From: an uncultured delta proteobacterium
GTDB taxonomy: Bacteria > Desulfobacterota > Desulfomonilia > UBA1062
Reading direction: 5' to 3'
DNA: 64,000 nucleotides
NCBI GenBank assembly: GCA_963785235.1
Contig: CAWAUM010000011.1
Span: forward strand, 64,001 to 128,000
The notes beneath the pieces are model-generated. The model was given only the letters and a program-made list of their open reading frames with translations. It searched no databases and was not told the DNA's origin. Positions 9,266-19,047 of this stretch are shown here, piece by piece. The translations under genes were made by a program, and so were the position numbers. Each line of letters opens with the position of its first letter. Within the stretch, counting starts at the first letter, position 1.

Positions 9266-9692
9266 AAAGTAAATATACCACAAATCCCTGGAAACATCAT
9301 CAGGTAACACTATCAGGCGCCTCAACTCCCTTATAACCAAACTGCTGAGTATTCGGGGTTATAATCTAACAGTGTCTATTGCCCTGTCAGTTCCATCCAT
9401 GCCTGGTGATACTTTTACATCCTCCCGCCAAGTTCGGCTACATTCTGGCTGAGGTGAAGGCCGTTATCGGGAATGAATGATCTTTCCCTATTGAAGTATT
9501 GTTGAATAAGAGAGTCTGGAAGGCATCCTTATTCAATTATTCTTGAATAACCCTGCGCATGGGACTATATTATTCAACATTATTCAACCCTTGAGATTCT
9601 CGCTTACCTGGCGCGATTTGCCTGGTATTCTTTTCTCCGACGGATACCCTCAGCCGCATCTCGGTGAGGGAGGATCTGTAACTTATTCAGGC

Positions 9693-9736
9693 ACCATGAA
9701 AATCCTGCTTTACATGCAGGATTTTCATGGTATGAT
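9693..9736 (+). promoter_or_regulatory. 16-bp perfect inverted repeat (operator) abutting a -10 box of a probably leaderless gene
   Basis: ACCATGAAAATCCTGC-7-GCAGGATTTTCATGGT (9693-9731); TATGAT at 9731-9736, 6 nt before ATG 9743; no SD. Confidence 0.6.
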
Positions 9737-9742
9737 GCCTGC

Positions 9743-10891
9743 ATGATCGAACGGTCTGCATTAAAATCCCGCATCGATTCAGCCCTTGCCAGGAGCCGCA
9801 TCGTCTCGCTCCTTGGTCCCCGCCAGTGCGGGAAGACAACCATGGCACGTCTTTTCGTTCCCCCCGAATCTCTGAATTATTTCGACCTCGAAGATCGTTT
9901 AAGTCTTGCCCGCCTCGAAGAACCCATGACTGCACTGAAAGACCTCAAGGGCCTCGTGGTGATCGATGAGGTTCAGCTCCAGCCCGAGCTCTTCCCTGTC
10001 CTGCGGGTGCTCGCGGACAGGCGACCCCTGCCCGCACGGTTCCTTATCCTCGGGAGTGCCTCACGGCAGTGGCTCCGGCAGTCTTCCGAGTCACTTGCCG
10101 GGCGAATGGAAACCATCACCCTGACCGGGTTCTCCCTGTCCGAAGTCGGCCTGGAAAACCAGGCCGGGCACTGGCTAAGGGGCGGGCTGCCCCTTTCGTA
10201 TCTTGCAGGGAGTGAAGAAGACAGCTTCTCCTGGAGGAGCGCCTTCATCCGTACCTTTCTGGAGCGTGACCTGCCCATGATGGGAATAGGTGCATCGCCG
10301 AACACCCTCATGCGGTTCTGGTCCATCCTCGGCCATTATCACGCCCAGGTCTGGAACTCTGCCGAACCGGCCCGGTCACTCGGCGTGAATGAATCCACCG
10401 CGCGGCGATATCTCGATCTCCTGGACGGGTTGTATATGGTCCGCCAGCTCATGCCCTGGCATGCAAACTTGAAAAAACGCCAGGTCAAGGCCCCCAAAGT
10501 ATATTTCAGGGACGCAGGCATCCTGCACTGCCTGCTCGGCATACGATCGGAAAAGGAACTCTTCACCCACCCCAAGTGTGGTGCATCATGGGAAGGGTAT
10601 GTGATCGAAGAGGCCATTAAGGCCCTGCAGCCGCAGGAGGTCTATTTCTGGGCCACGCATAACGGGGCTGAGCTCGACCTCCTGATGATCATTGGGAACA
10701 GGAAGATCGGGCTTGAATGCAAGCGTATGGATGCCCCCCGTCTCACCCCCTCTATGAAGACCGCGCTGAAGGACCTTGAACTTGACCGTCTCATCGTCGT
10801 CTACCCGGGGGAAAAGGCCTACCCCCTTTCCGAGGAGGTCGAGGCACTCCCCCTGAGTATGATAACTTCAGTGCCCGGGTTGGCGCGATAA
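9743..10891 (+). CDS. AAA+ ATPase (AAA_14) with DUF4143 / PD-(D/E)xK-like C-terminus
   Basis: GPRQCGKTT Walker A, VIDEVQ Walker B, KAPKVYFRDAG, ELDLL...ECK. Confidence 0.9.
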   Translation: MIERSALKSRIDSALARSRIVSLLGPRQCGKTTMARLFVPPESLNYFDLEDRLSLARLEEPMTALKDLKGLVVIDEVQLQPELFPVLRVLADRRPLPARFLILGSASRQWLRQSSESLAGRMETITLTGFSLSEVGLENQAGHWLRGGLPLSYLAGSEEDSFSWRSAFIRTFLERDLPMMGIGASPNTLMRFWSILGHYHAQVWNSAEPARSLGVNESTARRYLDLLDGLYMVRQLMPWHANLKKRQVKAPKVYFRDAGILHCLLGIRSEKELFTHPKCGASWEGYVIEEAIKALQPQEVYFWATHNGAELDLLMIIGNRKIGLECKRMDAPRLTPSMKTALKDLELDRLIVVYPGEKAYPLSEEVEALPLSMITSVPGLAR

Positions 10892-11025
10892 ACCTTCAGA
10901 GCCTGTGTTTACCCTTTAACCGGCAGCATTTTGTCGTGGTACAGGAGTACCTGGTGGAGATGTCTGCACGATGTCATACAATAAGCCTTTAAAAATTATG
11001 GGAGTGAATCAAGCGCTCATTCACA

Positions 11026-11057
11026 CAAAAAAACCACGGCCTGTTCAGGGCCGTGGT
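11026..11057 (-). terminator. intrinsic terminator of small-protein cassette copy 1
   Basis: Minus strand ACCACGGCC-loop-GGCCGTGGT followed by a T-run. Confidence 0.7.
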
Positions 11058-11109
11058 CTATGGATGGATCGTTCGGGGTTTTACGCCTTTGGGGAGGCGC
11101 GTGCTTTTT

Positions 11110-11214
11110 TTACCGGTGGGCCGCCTTCTTTGCCAGGCGTGCCTCGTGCCCGGTGAACCGCAGGGTAATGGCCAGGAATGCCGCGATGCCGGTTGCGATG
11201 AAGAAGACTGTCAT
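11110..11214 (-). CDS. 34-aa single-TM microprotein (cassette gene 3, copy 1)
   Basis: MTVFFIATGIAAFLAITLRFTGHEARLAKKAAHR; SD GGAGG; same length and position as the paralog at 63572-63676. Confidence 0.6.
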   Translation of the reverse strand: MTVFFIATGIAAFLAITLRFTGHEARLAKKAAHR

Positions 11215-11216
11215 GG

Positions 11217-11459
11217 CTATACCCTCCGTGCCTTTCTTTCAATAACGACCTCTTCAATGAACCCCTTGAAGCCCAGTACGATGCCGGCCACCAGTCCAAC
11301 CAGCGTAAAGTTGGGCGCCATGCCCAGGGCCTTGTCAAGCTCCATGCCGCCGTACATGCCGAGGAAAGTCATGGTCACGAGCACCAGGCAGTATGCGCTG
11401 ATCCTGCTGAGCCGGTTTTTCACTTCGCGTGTTACGGTCTCTTTGTGCGTGCGTTTCAT
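11217..11459 (-). CDS. AtpZ/AtpI-family (ATPase_gene1-like) 2-TM protein, copy 1
   Basis: GMYGGMELDKALGMAPNFTLVGLVAGI matches the GxxLDxxxxxxPxFxxxGxxxG family pattern; SD AGGAGG. Confidence 0.7.
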   Translation of the reverse strand: MKRTHKETVTREVKNRLSRISAYCLVLVTMTFLGMYGGMELDKALGMAPNFTLVGLVAGIVLGFKGFIEEVVIERKARRV

Positions 11460-11498
11460 GGCCTTTCCTCCTTTGACGGGGTTCTAAATCAATCCTGG

Positions 11499-11675
11499 TT
11501 AGAAGAGGTTCATGATGATGTGACGGGCCGGGCCGGTGTTGATGCCCACCAGGGCGACCATCAGGACGAACACTGCCGCTGCTTCAACCGGGATGAGTCC
11601 CAATACCTTGTAGGTGAACCGGATCCCGATGCCTACCATGAACAGTGCGCCGATTACGATCCATAATGTCATCAT
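11499..11675 (-). CDS. 58-aa 2-TM membrane microprotein (cassette gene 1, copy 1); below the ORF-track cutoff
   Basis: MMTLWIVIGALFMVGIGIRFTYKVLGLIPVEAAAVFVLMVALVGINTGPARHIIMNLF; SD AGGAGG; paralog at 63113-63289. Confidence 0.75.
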   Translation of the reverse strand: MMTLWIVIGALFMVGIGIRFTYKVLGLIPVEAAAVFVLMVALVGINTGPARHIIMNLF

Positions 11676-11721
11676 TGTCTTGCCCTCCTGGGGTTTGTTT
11701 TTTCTTTCTGACCTCTATAAG

Positions 11722-11894
11722 GCAAGGGGCGTGCCAGGGCGGGCATGTTTATAACTTATTGAAATCAAAACTACTATCAATTTATGAAAAACCTGGTATT
11801 GTCATTCTGTCATTATTGCTTTGGGATAAGGGTCGTCGGGGTACAATTTGTCAAACCGGTATACCCTGCCATAGGGGCGGAATGACAGAATGGC
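11722..11894 (-). promoter_or_regulatory. sigma54 (-24/-12) promoter with IHF-like site and candidate enhancer (UAS), copy 1
   Basis: Minus strand TGGCACGCCCCTTGC (11722-11736); TTTCAATAAGTTA (11752-11764); inverted GTCATTCTGTCATT (11801) / AATGACAGAATGGC (11881). Confidence 0.8.
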
Positions 11895-12084
11895 AAGCCA
11901 GGAGAACCAGAGGGGTTTCCCTGCCAAGGCAAGACCGGAACAACACCTTAATATTCCTTTGAAATACAGGCCTGGAATTATCCTGTCACCAACAGGACAA
12001 AAAACCTCTGGCATTGGAATGCAATCCGGGGCATTATGAAGGCCTGTAGTCCATGTCATGCAATGAGGAGGCTGTGCAGCACCC

Positions 12085-12612
12085 ATGGCGGCATCGGCAC
12101 GCACCATCGTGCCCGGCTGTCCCCATCACATCACCCAGCGGGGAAACAGGCGACAGAAGGTGTTCTTTTGTGATGACGACTACCGGGCATACCGGGATCT
12201 GGTGGCCCACTGGACCAAATTCTACGGGGTTGAGGTGTGGTGTTACTGTCTCATGCCCAACCATGTGCACCTCCTGGCCGTGCCCTGCTCGAAGGATGCC
12301 TTTTCCCGTGCGTTCGGCCAGGCGCACCGAAGGTACACCCGCATGGTGAACACCAGGTTCAGCTGGCAGGGTCACCTGTGGCAGGGCAGGTTCTCGTCTG
12401 GCGTGGTGCACAACGAATCGCTCCTGGCAACCGCCCGCTATATCGAGATGAATCCGGTTCATGCACGTCTGGTGAAGAACCCGCAGGATTACGAATGGAG
12501 CAGCGCCGGCGCCCACATTGAAGGCAGGCCCGATTGCCTGGCCAGGGGCGGACCCTTCTCGGCGCTTGCGGATGAGTGGAAGGCGTTCCTGCTGCTTGCC
12601 GGGCAGCGGTGA
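12085..12612 (+). mobile_element. REP-associated tyrosine transposase (RAYT, Y1/HUH family), possibly C-terminally shortened
   Basis: HHITQRGNRRQKVF, YCLMPNHVHLL (HUH), LWQGRF, YIEMNPV and YEWSS motifs. Confidence 0.85.
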
Positions 12613-12789
12613 TCCCCTGTGGCCAGGGGTGACGGCCCTGCACGGAAACCGGTGAGGAACCTGTTGCCTTGGGGTAAGAAACATTGCATATAGAAGCATC
12701 GATAAGGCAACATGATCAGTCCGTAGGTTGATGGTGCGTTTTGAATCGATACCCGTACTTTGCACCACTTAAGAAGGAGGAGGTTTTCT

Positions 12790-13218
12790 ATGGCAGGTTC
12801 TGTAAACAAGGTTATCCTGATCGGCAGGCTTGGCAAGGACCCGGAGATGAGGTTTACCCCGAGCGGCAAGGCTGTTACCAATTTCACCATGGCAACGAAT
12901 GAATACTGGATGGACCAGAGCGGGGAAAAGCAGGAACGCACCGAGTGGCACCGCATCGTCACCTGGGGAAAGCTGGCTGAAAACTCCGCCAAGCTTCTGG
13001 CCAAGGGCAAGCATGTATACGTAGAGGGCAGGATCCAGACGCGGTCGTGGGACGACAAGGACGGGAACAAACGCTACACCACCGAGATCGTTGCCAATAA
13101 CATGCAGATACTCGGGCCCATGGAAAGCGGCGGCAGGGGCTTGAGCGATGACAGTCAGGATCTAGGATCCGGCGATGGCGCACCGGGTTCCCCTGAGTTT
13201 GATGACGTGCCGTTCTAA
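12790..13218 (+). CDS. ssb: single-stranded DNA-binding protein
   Basis: [23 protein letters not shown], acidic tail FDDVPF; SD AAGGAGG. Confidence 0.97.
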   Translation: MAGSVNKVILIGRLGKDPEMRFTPSGKAVTNFTMATNEYWMDQSGEKQERTEWHRIVTWGKLAENSAKLLAKGKHVYVEGRIQTRSWDDKDGNKRYTTEIVANNMQILGPMESGGRGLSDDSQDLGSGDGAPGSPEFDDVPF

Positions 13219-13240
13219 CATAGGTATGTTTTGATCTCTA

Positions 13241-13269
13241 TCCCCCTCTCCCGCTGTGGGAGAGGGGGA
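13241..13269. terminator. GC-rich hairpin between convergent genes (REP-like or bidirectional terminator)
   Basis: TCCCCCTCTCCC-GCTGT-GGGAGAGGGGGA. Confidence 0.6.
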
Positions 13270-13321
13270 AAAATTCCTGAGTGGGAAGGATTGTCTCTGG
13301 TCTTCAGGCCTTTCTCTTTGT

Positions 13322-14485
13322 CTACAGGCCGAGGCTGTTCCTGACCGCCTTTTTGATTCCCGGTGCAGCCGCCTTGATGATCGCCTCGTCCACGCAGTAG
13401 GTAAACCGCACATATCCGCTCCGGCCGAATCCCCTGCCCGGGACAGCAAGGACGCATTCGTTCACCAGGCAGTTGCACAAGGCCAGCTCGTCTTCAATGG
13501 GAGACTTCACAAAGAGGTAGAAGGCCCCTTCAGGCGGTGCATAAGTCAGGCCTGCATCGTCAAAGATCCCCTTCATCACATCACGGCGCTTCCGGTAGAT
13601 CTCCACATCCACCCGCTCGTTCAGGCACCCGGCCAGGACTTTCTGCATAAGGGCCGGGGCATTGACGAAACCGAGGATGCGGGTGGCAAGGATCATGGCG
13701 CCGATGATCTCCTTCTTCTGGTATAAATCCGGGTTTACTGCGATATAGCCGATACGCTCCCCTGCCAGTGAAAGCTCCTTGGATGCAGAGGTGACAACAA
13801 CGGAATTGGGGATGTGCTTGAGCACCGAGGGCACCTGGCGGTTGTCATACACAATGGCCCGATACGGTTCGTCAGAGATGACAACCACCTGGGGGTGTTG
13901 CTGAAGCAGCTTTCCCATTGCCGCGAGTATGCCCTCAGGATAGACCCTGCCCGTGGGGTTATTAGGGGTGTTTATGATGATGGCCTTGGTCCGTTCTGTT
14001 ATCTTTTCTGCGATCTTTTCCACATCAGGCAGGAACTGCTCGTCACACTCGGCAACTACAAGCCTGCCGCCGTGGTTATCAACATAGAAACCGTACTCCA
14101 CAAAGTAAGGTGCTAACGCAATCACCTCGTCTCCGGGGTCCAAAATGGCCTTCAAGGCCACATTCAGCCCTCCGCCTGCGCCGCATGACATGACGATGTC
14201 ATCGGCCGTCAGGGGCACTTCATATATCCCGGTTAGATGGGCGGCTATACTTAAGCGTACATCCTCATAACCAGCATTGGCCATGTAGCCGTGGAACATG
14301 GTGCCGGTCAGTGCCGCCATTCGTTCAAGGACCCTGGCGGGCGGCGGCACATCGGGGTTGCCCAGGCTGAAGTCAAAGACATTGTCCGGCCCATGGATGG
14401 ACTTGAGACGTGCGCCTTCCTCAAACATCTTCCGGATCCACGAGGCCTTTTCCATGAACTGGGTCATCTTTGCTGAAGCCGGCAT
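13322..14485 (-). CDS. PLP-dependent aminotransferase class I/II (aspartate aminotransferase-like)
   Basis: FSLGNP, NTPNNPTG, SDEPY and SASKELSLAGERIGY motifs; SD AGGAGG. Confidence 0.92.
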   Translation of the reverse strand: MPASAKMTQFMEKASWIRKMFEEGARLKSIHGPDNVFDFSLGNPDVPPPARVLERMAALTGTMFHGYMANAGYEDVRLSIAAHLTGIYEVPLTADDIVMSCGAGGGLNVALKAILDPGDEVIALAPYFVEYGFYVDNHGGRLVVAECDEQFLPDVEKIAEKITERTKAIIINTPNNPTGRVYPEGILAAMGKLLQQHPQVVVISDEPYRAIVYDNRQVPSVLKHIPNSVVVTSASKELSLAGERIGYIAVNPDLYQKKEIIGAMILATRILGFVNAPALMQKVLAGCLNERVDVEIYRKRRDVMKGIFDDAGLTYAPPEGAFYLFVKSPIEDELALCNCLVNECVLAVPGRGFGRSGYVRFTYCVDEAIIKAAAPGIKKAVRNSLGL

Positions 14486-14711
14486 AGCTACCTCCTGTAA
14501 GGCAAATAAGGACAGATGATAACAAGCATCAGCTTGAAAGTACAGGTGAAAAAGCAGTTTAAAAAGAGCTTGGCAACGTTTGCCCGCAATGGGGCGATAC
14601 ATGTTTTTGTGCCTTGTAGGCCATGGGAAGTGATGCTATCGTGAGCCTGCATGATTTAGGACCGGATCAGCCCAAGCACTAGATCTTCAGAGCGTGAAAG
14701 GATATTTTATT

Positions 14712-16586
14712 ATGACGGAAAGGATAAAATCACCGCTGATCATCAACATACTGCTGGCTGTGATGATCTTTGCCCTGTACTTCACTATATTCGAAAACAG
14801 CCCGACCAACTGGGATGACCCTGCCCTTTTCAGGAATACCTTACTCCACAGCGCTACCATGGATAATATAAAGACATTACTTTCGTACCAGAGCGGGACC
14901 ACGTACCAGCCTGTGAGGGACTTGAGCTATATGGTCGACTTCAGCCTGTGGGGTCGTGAAAAGGTGGTTTTCGGCATGCACCTCCAGAGCCTGATCCTCT
15001 ATATCCTCATGGTGATCGGATGTTATGCCTTCATGAGGGAGCTGCTGAAGGCCTTTCACGATGATACGGAAGAGCGTTACATCTGGGCTGTTCTCACCAC
15101 GGTTATCTTTGCCGTCCATCCTGTACATGTGGAGAGCGTGACATGGCTTTACGCACGAAAGGAGCCCCTGCTGGGCATATTCACCTTTCTGTCCCTGTGG
15201 GCCTTCATCAAGGCCAGGAGCGCATCCTGGAAATATTATCTCCTGAGCGCTACCTCTCTTCTGCTCGCCATCCTTTCCAAGCCCACGGCCCTTGTCATTC
15301 CGGGCATCATGTTCATGCTCGATATCGCCCTGCAGGCAAGATTAAAGGAACCTTCATTCTGGAAGAGGCGCCTGGCCCTGTATATCCCCATCCTTGTTGT
15401 GGTGTCGCCCATGATAGTGCGGCTTGTTACCATGATGCACACCACCGGGGGCATCAAGCCCTACCACGGCGGAAGTTTTGCCACGAACCTGCTGGCCGTA
15501 TCCCAGATCTTTATCAGCTACATCAAGCTCATAGGCTTCACGGTTAATTATTCGGCAGACTATCCCATACCTCTGTACTCTGACCCACACACCTGGCAGC
15601 CCTGGTTCTTTGTCTGTCTCAATGTGCTGCTCATTGGCAGTGCGGTATTGGCCTTTATCAAAAAAAGATACATCTACAGCTTCTTTGTTGCCTGGTATTA
15701 TATCTTTATCATTCCGGTATCCCACATCTTTCCCATCTCCCAGACCATGACCGACCGTTATGCACTCCTGCCATCTCTGAGCTGGTGCGTGCTGCTCGGT
15801 TATCTGGCCACGAAACTCTGGCATGTAAGGCTCAAGCAAGGTTCCCTTTCTTCCAGGTTCCCTATGGCGCTTGCCATTGGCCTGTTCTGCTTTGTGACCC
15901 TCTTTTATTCCTTCATGACCTTCCGCCAGAATGGCATCTGGAGGAACAGCCAGACCTTGTGGGAAGATACCCTGGCAAAGTATCCCACTTCAAGCCCGGC
16001 AAATGTCAACCTTGCAGCCATCTACATACACCAGGGACGCTACGAGGAGGTCCAGCAGCTCTGTCTTACCGCCATAAAGGCCCTGCCGTATGATTACCTT
16101 GCCATCAGCAACCTTGCGCTGGCCCAGATGATGATGAAGCAGTATGACAATGCCATCAATAATTACAAGCAGGCCCTTAAGCTCAAGCCCGATCTTACGG
16201 AAGCCCGAATGGGGCTTGCATATGCATATTCTGAGAAGAAAGATCATGCAAACGCGTATGAGATGTATACCAGGCTTTTTCAGGATAATGTAAAGGGTTC
16301 GCCGGCTTTTATAACAAAGGCCTACTATCAGTTGGGGTACGCTGCATGGAAACTCGGCAGGAAGGACGAGGCCTATCGCAGCCTGGCCATGGCCGAACCG
16401 GGGATGCGAAAGGACAAGTTCCTCCTGGCTGACCTGGCAGGGCTCTACACGAGCATGATGGATATGAACAAGGCTTATGAGCTGTACTCAGCGCTGTATC
16501 CCATGCTTGAACAGGGTGATGCAAAGGATAAGCTCTCCATGCTGCTGAGGGCTCTTGAAAAGAGGATAAAAAAGCCTCAGGGGTAA
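14712..16586 (+). CDS. TMTC-like GT-C glycosyltransferase membrane protein with C-terminal TPRs
   Basis: NWDD, YQPVR, FAVHPVHVESVTW, RKE, SKP, DRY, multiple TM segments, W(R)NSQTLW then TPR repeats. Confidence 0.8.
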   Translation: MTERIKSPLIINILLAVMIFALYFTIFENSPTNWDDPALFRNTLLHSATMDNIKTLLSYQSGTTYQPVRDLSYMVDFSLWGREKVVFGMHLQSLILYILMVIGCYAFMRELLKAFHDDTEERYIWAVLTTVIFAVHPVHVESVTWLYARKEPLLGIFTFLSLWAFIKARSASWKYYLLSATSLLLAILSKPTALVIPGIMFMLDIALQARLKEPSFWKRRLALYIPILVVVSPMIVRLVTMMHTTGGIKPYHGGSFATNLLAVSQIFISYIKLIGFTVNYSADYPIPLYSDPHTWQPWFFVCLNVLLIGSAVLAFIKKRYIYSFFVAWYYIFIIPVSHIFPISQTMTDRYALLPSLSWCVLLGYLATKLWHVRLKQGSLSSRFPMALAIGLFCFVTLFYSFMTFRQNGIWRNSQTLWEDTLAKYPTSSPANVNLAAIYIHQGRYEEVQQLCLTAIKALPYDYLAISNLALAQMMMKQYDNAINNYKQALKLKPDLTEARMGLAYAYSEKKDHANAYEMYTRLFQDNVKGSPAFITKAYYQLGYAAWKLGRKDEAYRSLAMAEPGMRKDKFLLADLAGLYTSMMDMNKAYELYSALYPMLEQGDAKDKLSMLLRALEKRIKKPQG

Positions 16587-16590
16587 GTTA

Positions 16591-18126
16591 TTAAAACTTT
16601 CTTTTCGGCGAAACCATTACCAGCGCATAGGTGCTCTCAGCCCGGTAAGAATCCACCAGCACGGAGTGCATACGCCCTTTAAGGCCCTCGAGCAGACCTG
16701 CTAGGTCAGATGTGCTTGCAGCGAGGAAAGCGGTGTCATTCAGTGGCACGACGTCCCTGGTCACGATCATGGGGTCAGCATGTGCAGCACTCATATATCC
16801 GCGCATGACAAGGTCATCTTCATACACGATCAGTGGTGTATTTTTCGATATGTCGCCCATGTAGGACATCTTCTGGTCCCACTGGTCTTCCGGGCTCACA
16901 AAGGCCATATACCAGACTATGGAGACAACGGCGAACAGGGTGACCATGAACTGGGCGGTCATCTTGCGCTTAACGGTCAAGATCATAAAGAGTATGGCAG
17001 CTGTGACGAACCCTGCGCAGCCAATGAGCTGCTTTGTGTTTATGGCGAACCCTAAATACACGGGAAGCAGCAGAAGAACGAGTGCACAGAGAAAAACGCT
17101 TAAACCGGCCAGCATCATCATCCAATAGGCCAGACGACCTTTTTGCACACCCGTGAATACTGCTTGCGAGAGCCAGCGCCCTATTAAAGGTGAAGCAAAT
17201 AGTGCAAGGATGGTGGCATACTGGTTCAGTCCGGAAGATGAGCTCCAGAGCATGAGGACGATCAGCACAATAGCAATTCTGACAGGCAGCAGGGTCCGCC
17301 AGGCATCCTGGTCTGAGGGTCCGCCGCCATAAACCCAGGCCGGTATAACCAGGAATATCCAGGGGGATGAATAGGTGATAACTGAGTACATCCCTTTAAA
17401 CAGGCCGATATGCCCACCCGGTGTAAAGGCCCCGCTTGAAAAGCCCTCCCCCAGTATGATCCTGTATGATGTGTAATACGCTGCCATGGCACATGCTATG
17501 ATAACCAGGCCGGGGATAAGGTGTATGGAAAGGAGCTGTGATGGGGAAAGGTCGAGCAGGGTGAGAAGGAGCGCTCCAAGGAGAAAGAACACGAGCATGA
17601 AGTAGCCCCCGGTGAGCGCGGCCAGACCGGCGAGCAGGTATGACAGGATATACAGTCCGGAATTTAGCCCCTTCAGGTAGACAAGGGAAAAGAGGCCAAA
17701 GGCCCATACAACAAGGGTTACAGGCAGCGCCATGAGGTTCAGTGTACCGAACAGGGCTAAAAAACCAAGGCTTGTCATGGCCACAAGGCATGAGGCAAAG
17801 GCGCATGAAAGGCCGAAGATGGCAAGGCTGTAAAGGAAGACGCCGGATATAATGATACAGCCCAGCAGGCAGGACACCAGTCTCGGTGTGGATACGTCAA
17901 TGACGGGAAGTAACGACATGGCCGTCAAGGTCAGGGGATTCTGGCCCGGCAGGGATTCGGCGTTGAGCACAGGCACATGGCGCTGCTGATCCTGCATCTC
18001 GTTTATGATCTGGAAGAGCCACACCTCTGAGTCTCTTGGCGGTGTGAAAAGGCTCAGCGGCAGGAGCAGGGCAAGGCATGCCGCAAGAATGACGAAAAGA
18101 GATGCGGCGGATTTCAGTGATTTCAC
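16591..18126 (-). CDS. ArnT/PMT-like polytopic membrane protein (divergent GT-C)
   Basis: About 12 hydrophobic segments; N-terminal E...INEM...VPVLN...P layout resembles degenerate ArnT. Confidence 0.55.
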   Translation of the reverse strand: MKSLKSAASLFVILAACLALLLPLSLFTPPRDSEVWLFQIINEMQDQQRHVPVLNAESLPGQNPLTLTAMSLLPVIDVSTPRLVSCLLGCIIISGVFLYSLAIFGLSCAFASCLVAMTSLGFLALFGTLNLMALPVTLVVWAFGLFSLVYLKGLNSGLYILSYLLAGLAALTGGYFMLVFFLLGALLLTLLDLSPSQLLSIHLIPGLVIIACAMAAYYTSYRIILGEGFSSGAFTPGGHIGLFKGMYSVITYSSPWIFLVIPAWVYGGGPSDQDAWRTLLPVRIAIVLIVLMLWSSSSGLNQYATILALFASPLIGRWLSQAVFTGVQKGRLAYWMMMLAGLSVFLCALVLLLLPVYLGFAINTKQLIGCAGFVTAAILFMILTVKRKMTAQFMVTLFAVVSIVWYMAFVSPEDQWDQKMSYMGDISKNTPLIVYEDDLVMRGYMSAAHADPMIVTRDVVPLNDTAFLAASTSDLAGLLEGLKGRMHSVLVDSYRAESTYALVMVSPKRKF

Positions 18127-18209
18127 AGGGTTTGGCCTCCCACTTGCTAAAAGGGATTACATGATGCACCTCGAAAGTGTCAAGACTGGAGATGACTTAT
18201 TTGTAAGGG

Positions 18210-18238
18210 TTGACATCTTAGGGCGCTGACCGTAGAAT
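18210..18238 (+). promoter_or_regulatory. sigma70 promoter for rph-rdgB
   Basis: TTGACA-17 bp-TAGAAT. Confidence 0.75.
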
Positions 18239-18270
18239 CGGCCCCCAGAAAGGGCATAAAGGGTTTATAT

Positions 18271-19047
18271 ATGGCATCTATTGAGGAATTGTTGAAAGAT
18301 AAGGGCATTATCCGGCCCAAGGCATTGCGCCGCAGTGATAACCGGGCTCTCGACGAGATCAGGCAGGCAAAGATAACCAGGGGCTATTGCAAACATGCAA
18401 TGGGTTCGTGTCTCATCGAGATCGGTGACACCAAGGTGATATGCGCTGCCAGTGTAGAGAACAAGGTCCCTCCGCACCTGAAAAATTCCGGGTCTGGCTG
18501 GGTTACGGCCGAATACGGGATGCTTCCGGCATCCACGAATGTAAGGACCATACGGGAGTCCTCAAGGGGGAGGACCAAAGGAAGGACCCATGAGATCCAG
18601 CGGCTCATCGGGCGCTCGCTCAGGGCCGCGACATCGCTTACCGACCTCGGTGAACGGACGATCTGGATCGACTGCGATGTGCTCCAGGCAGACGGAGGTA
18701 CCCGCACCGCAGCCATCACCGGCTCATATGTTGCGCTCCATGAAGCCATCAAGTCCATGCTCTCCCATCAGCTCATAGTAAAGAACCCGCTGCTGGAACA
18801 GGTTGCCGCGATATCGGTGGGCATTATCGACGATCAGCTGTTTCTCGATCTGTGCTACGAGGAAGACTCGAGCGCGGCTGTAGACATGAACGTGGTCATG
18901 ACCAAGACCGGCAAGATCATAGAGGTGCAGGGAACAGCCGAAAAGGCCCCTTTCACGATGGAGCAGATGATGATGCTCATGCATCTCGCCAAGAAGGGGA
19001 TCGATGAGCTTATACTGAAGCAGGCCCAAGTCCTCGGTATTCCATGA
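18271..19047 (+). CDS. rph: ribonuclease PH
   Basis: [40 protein letters not shown]. Confidence 0.97.
   Translation: MASIEELLKDKGIIRPKALRRSDNRALDEIRQAKITRGYCKHAMGSCLIEIGDTKVICAASVENKVPPHLKNSGSGWVTAEYGMLPASTNVRTIRESSRGRTKGRTHEIQRLIGRSLRAATSLTDLGERTIWIDCDVLQADGGTRTAAITGSYVALHEAIKSMLSHQLIVKNPLLEQVAAISVGIIDDQLFLDLCYEEDSSAAVDMNVVMTKTGKIIEVQGTAEKAPFTMEQMMMLMHLAKKGIDELILKQAQVLGIP

Noticed and set aside
11445-11666. Similar ORFs 11445-11666(+) and 63122-63370(-), plus 63019-63267(+)
   Set aside because: They are antisense or off-frame shadows of the duplicated 58-aa gene, which has the SD and the promoter.
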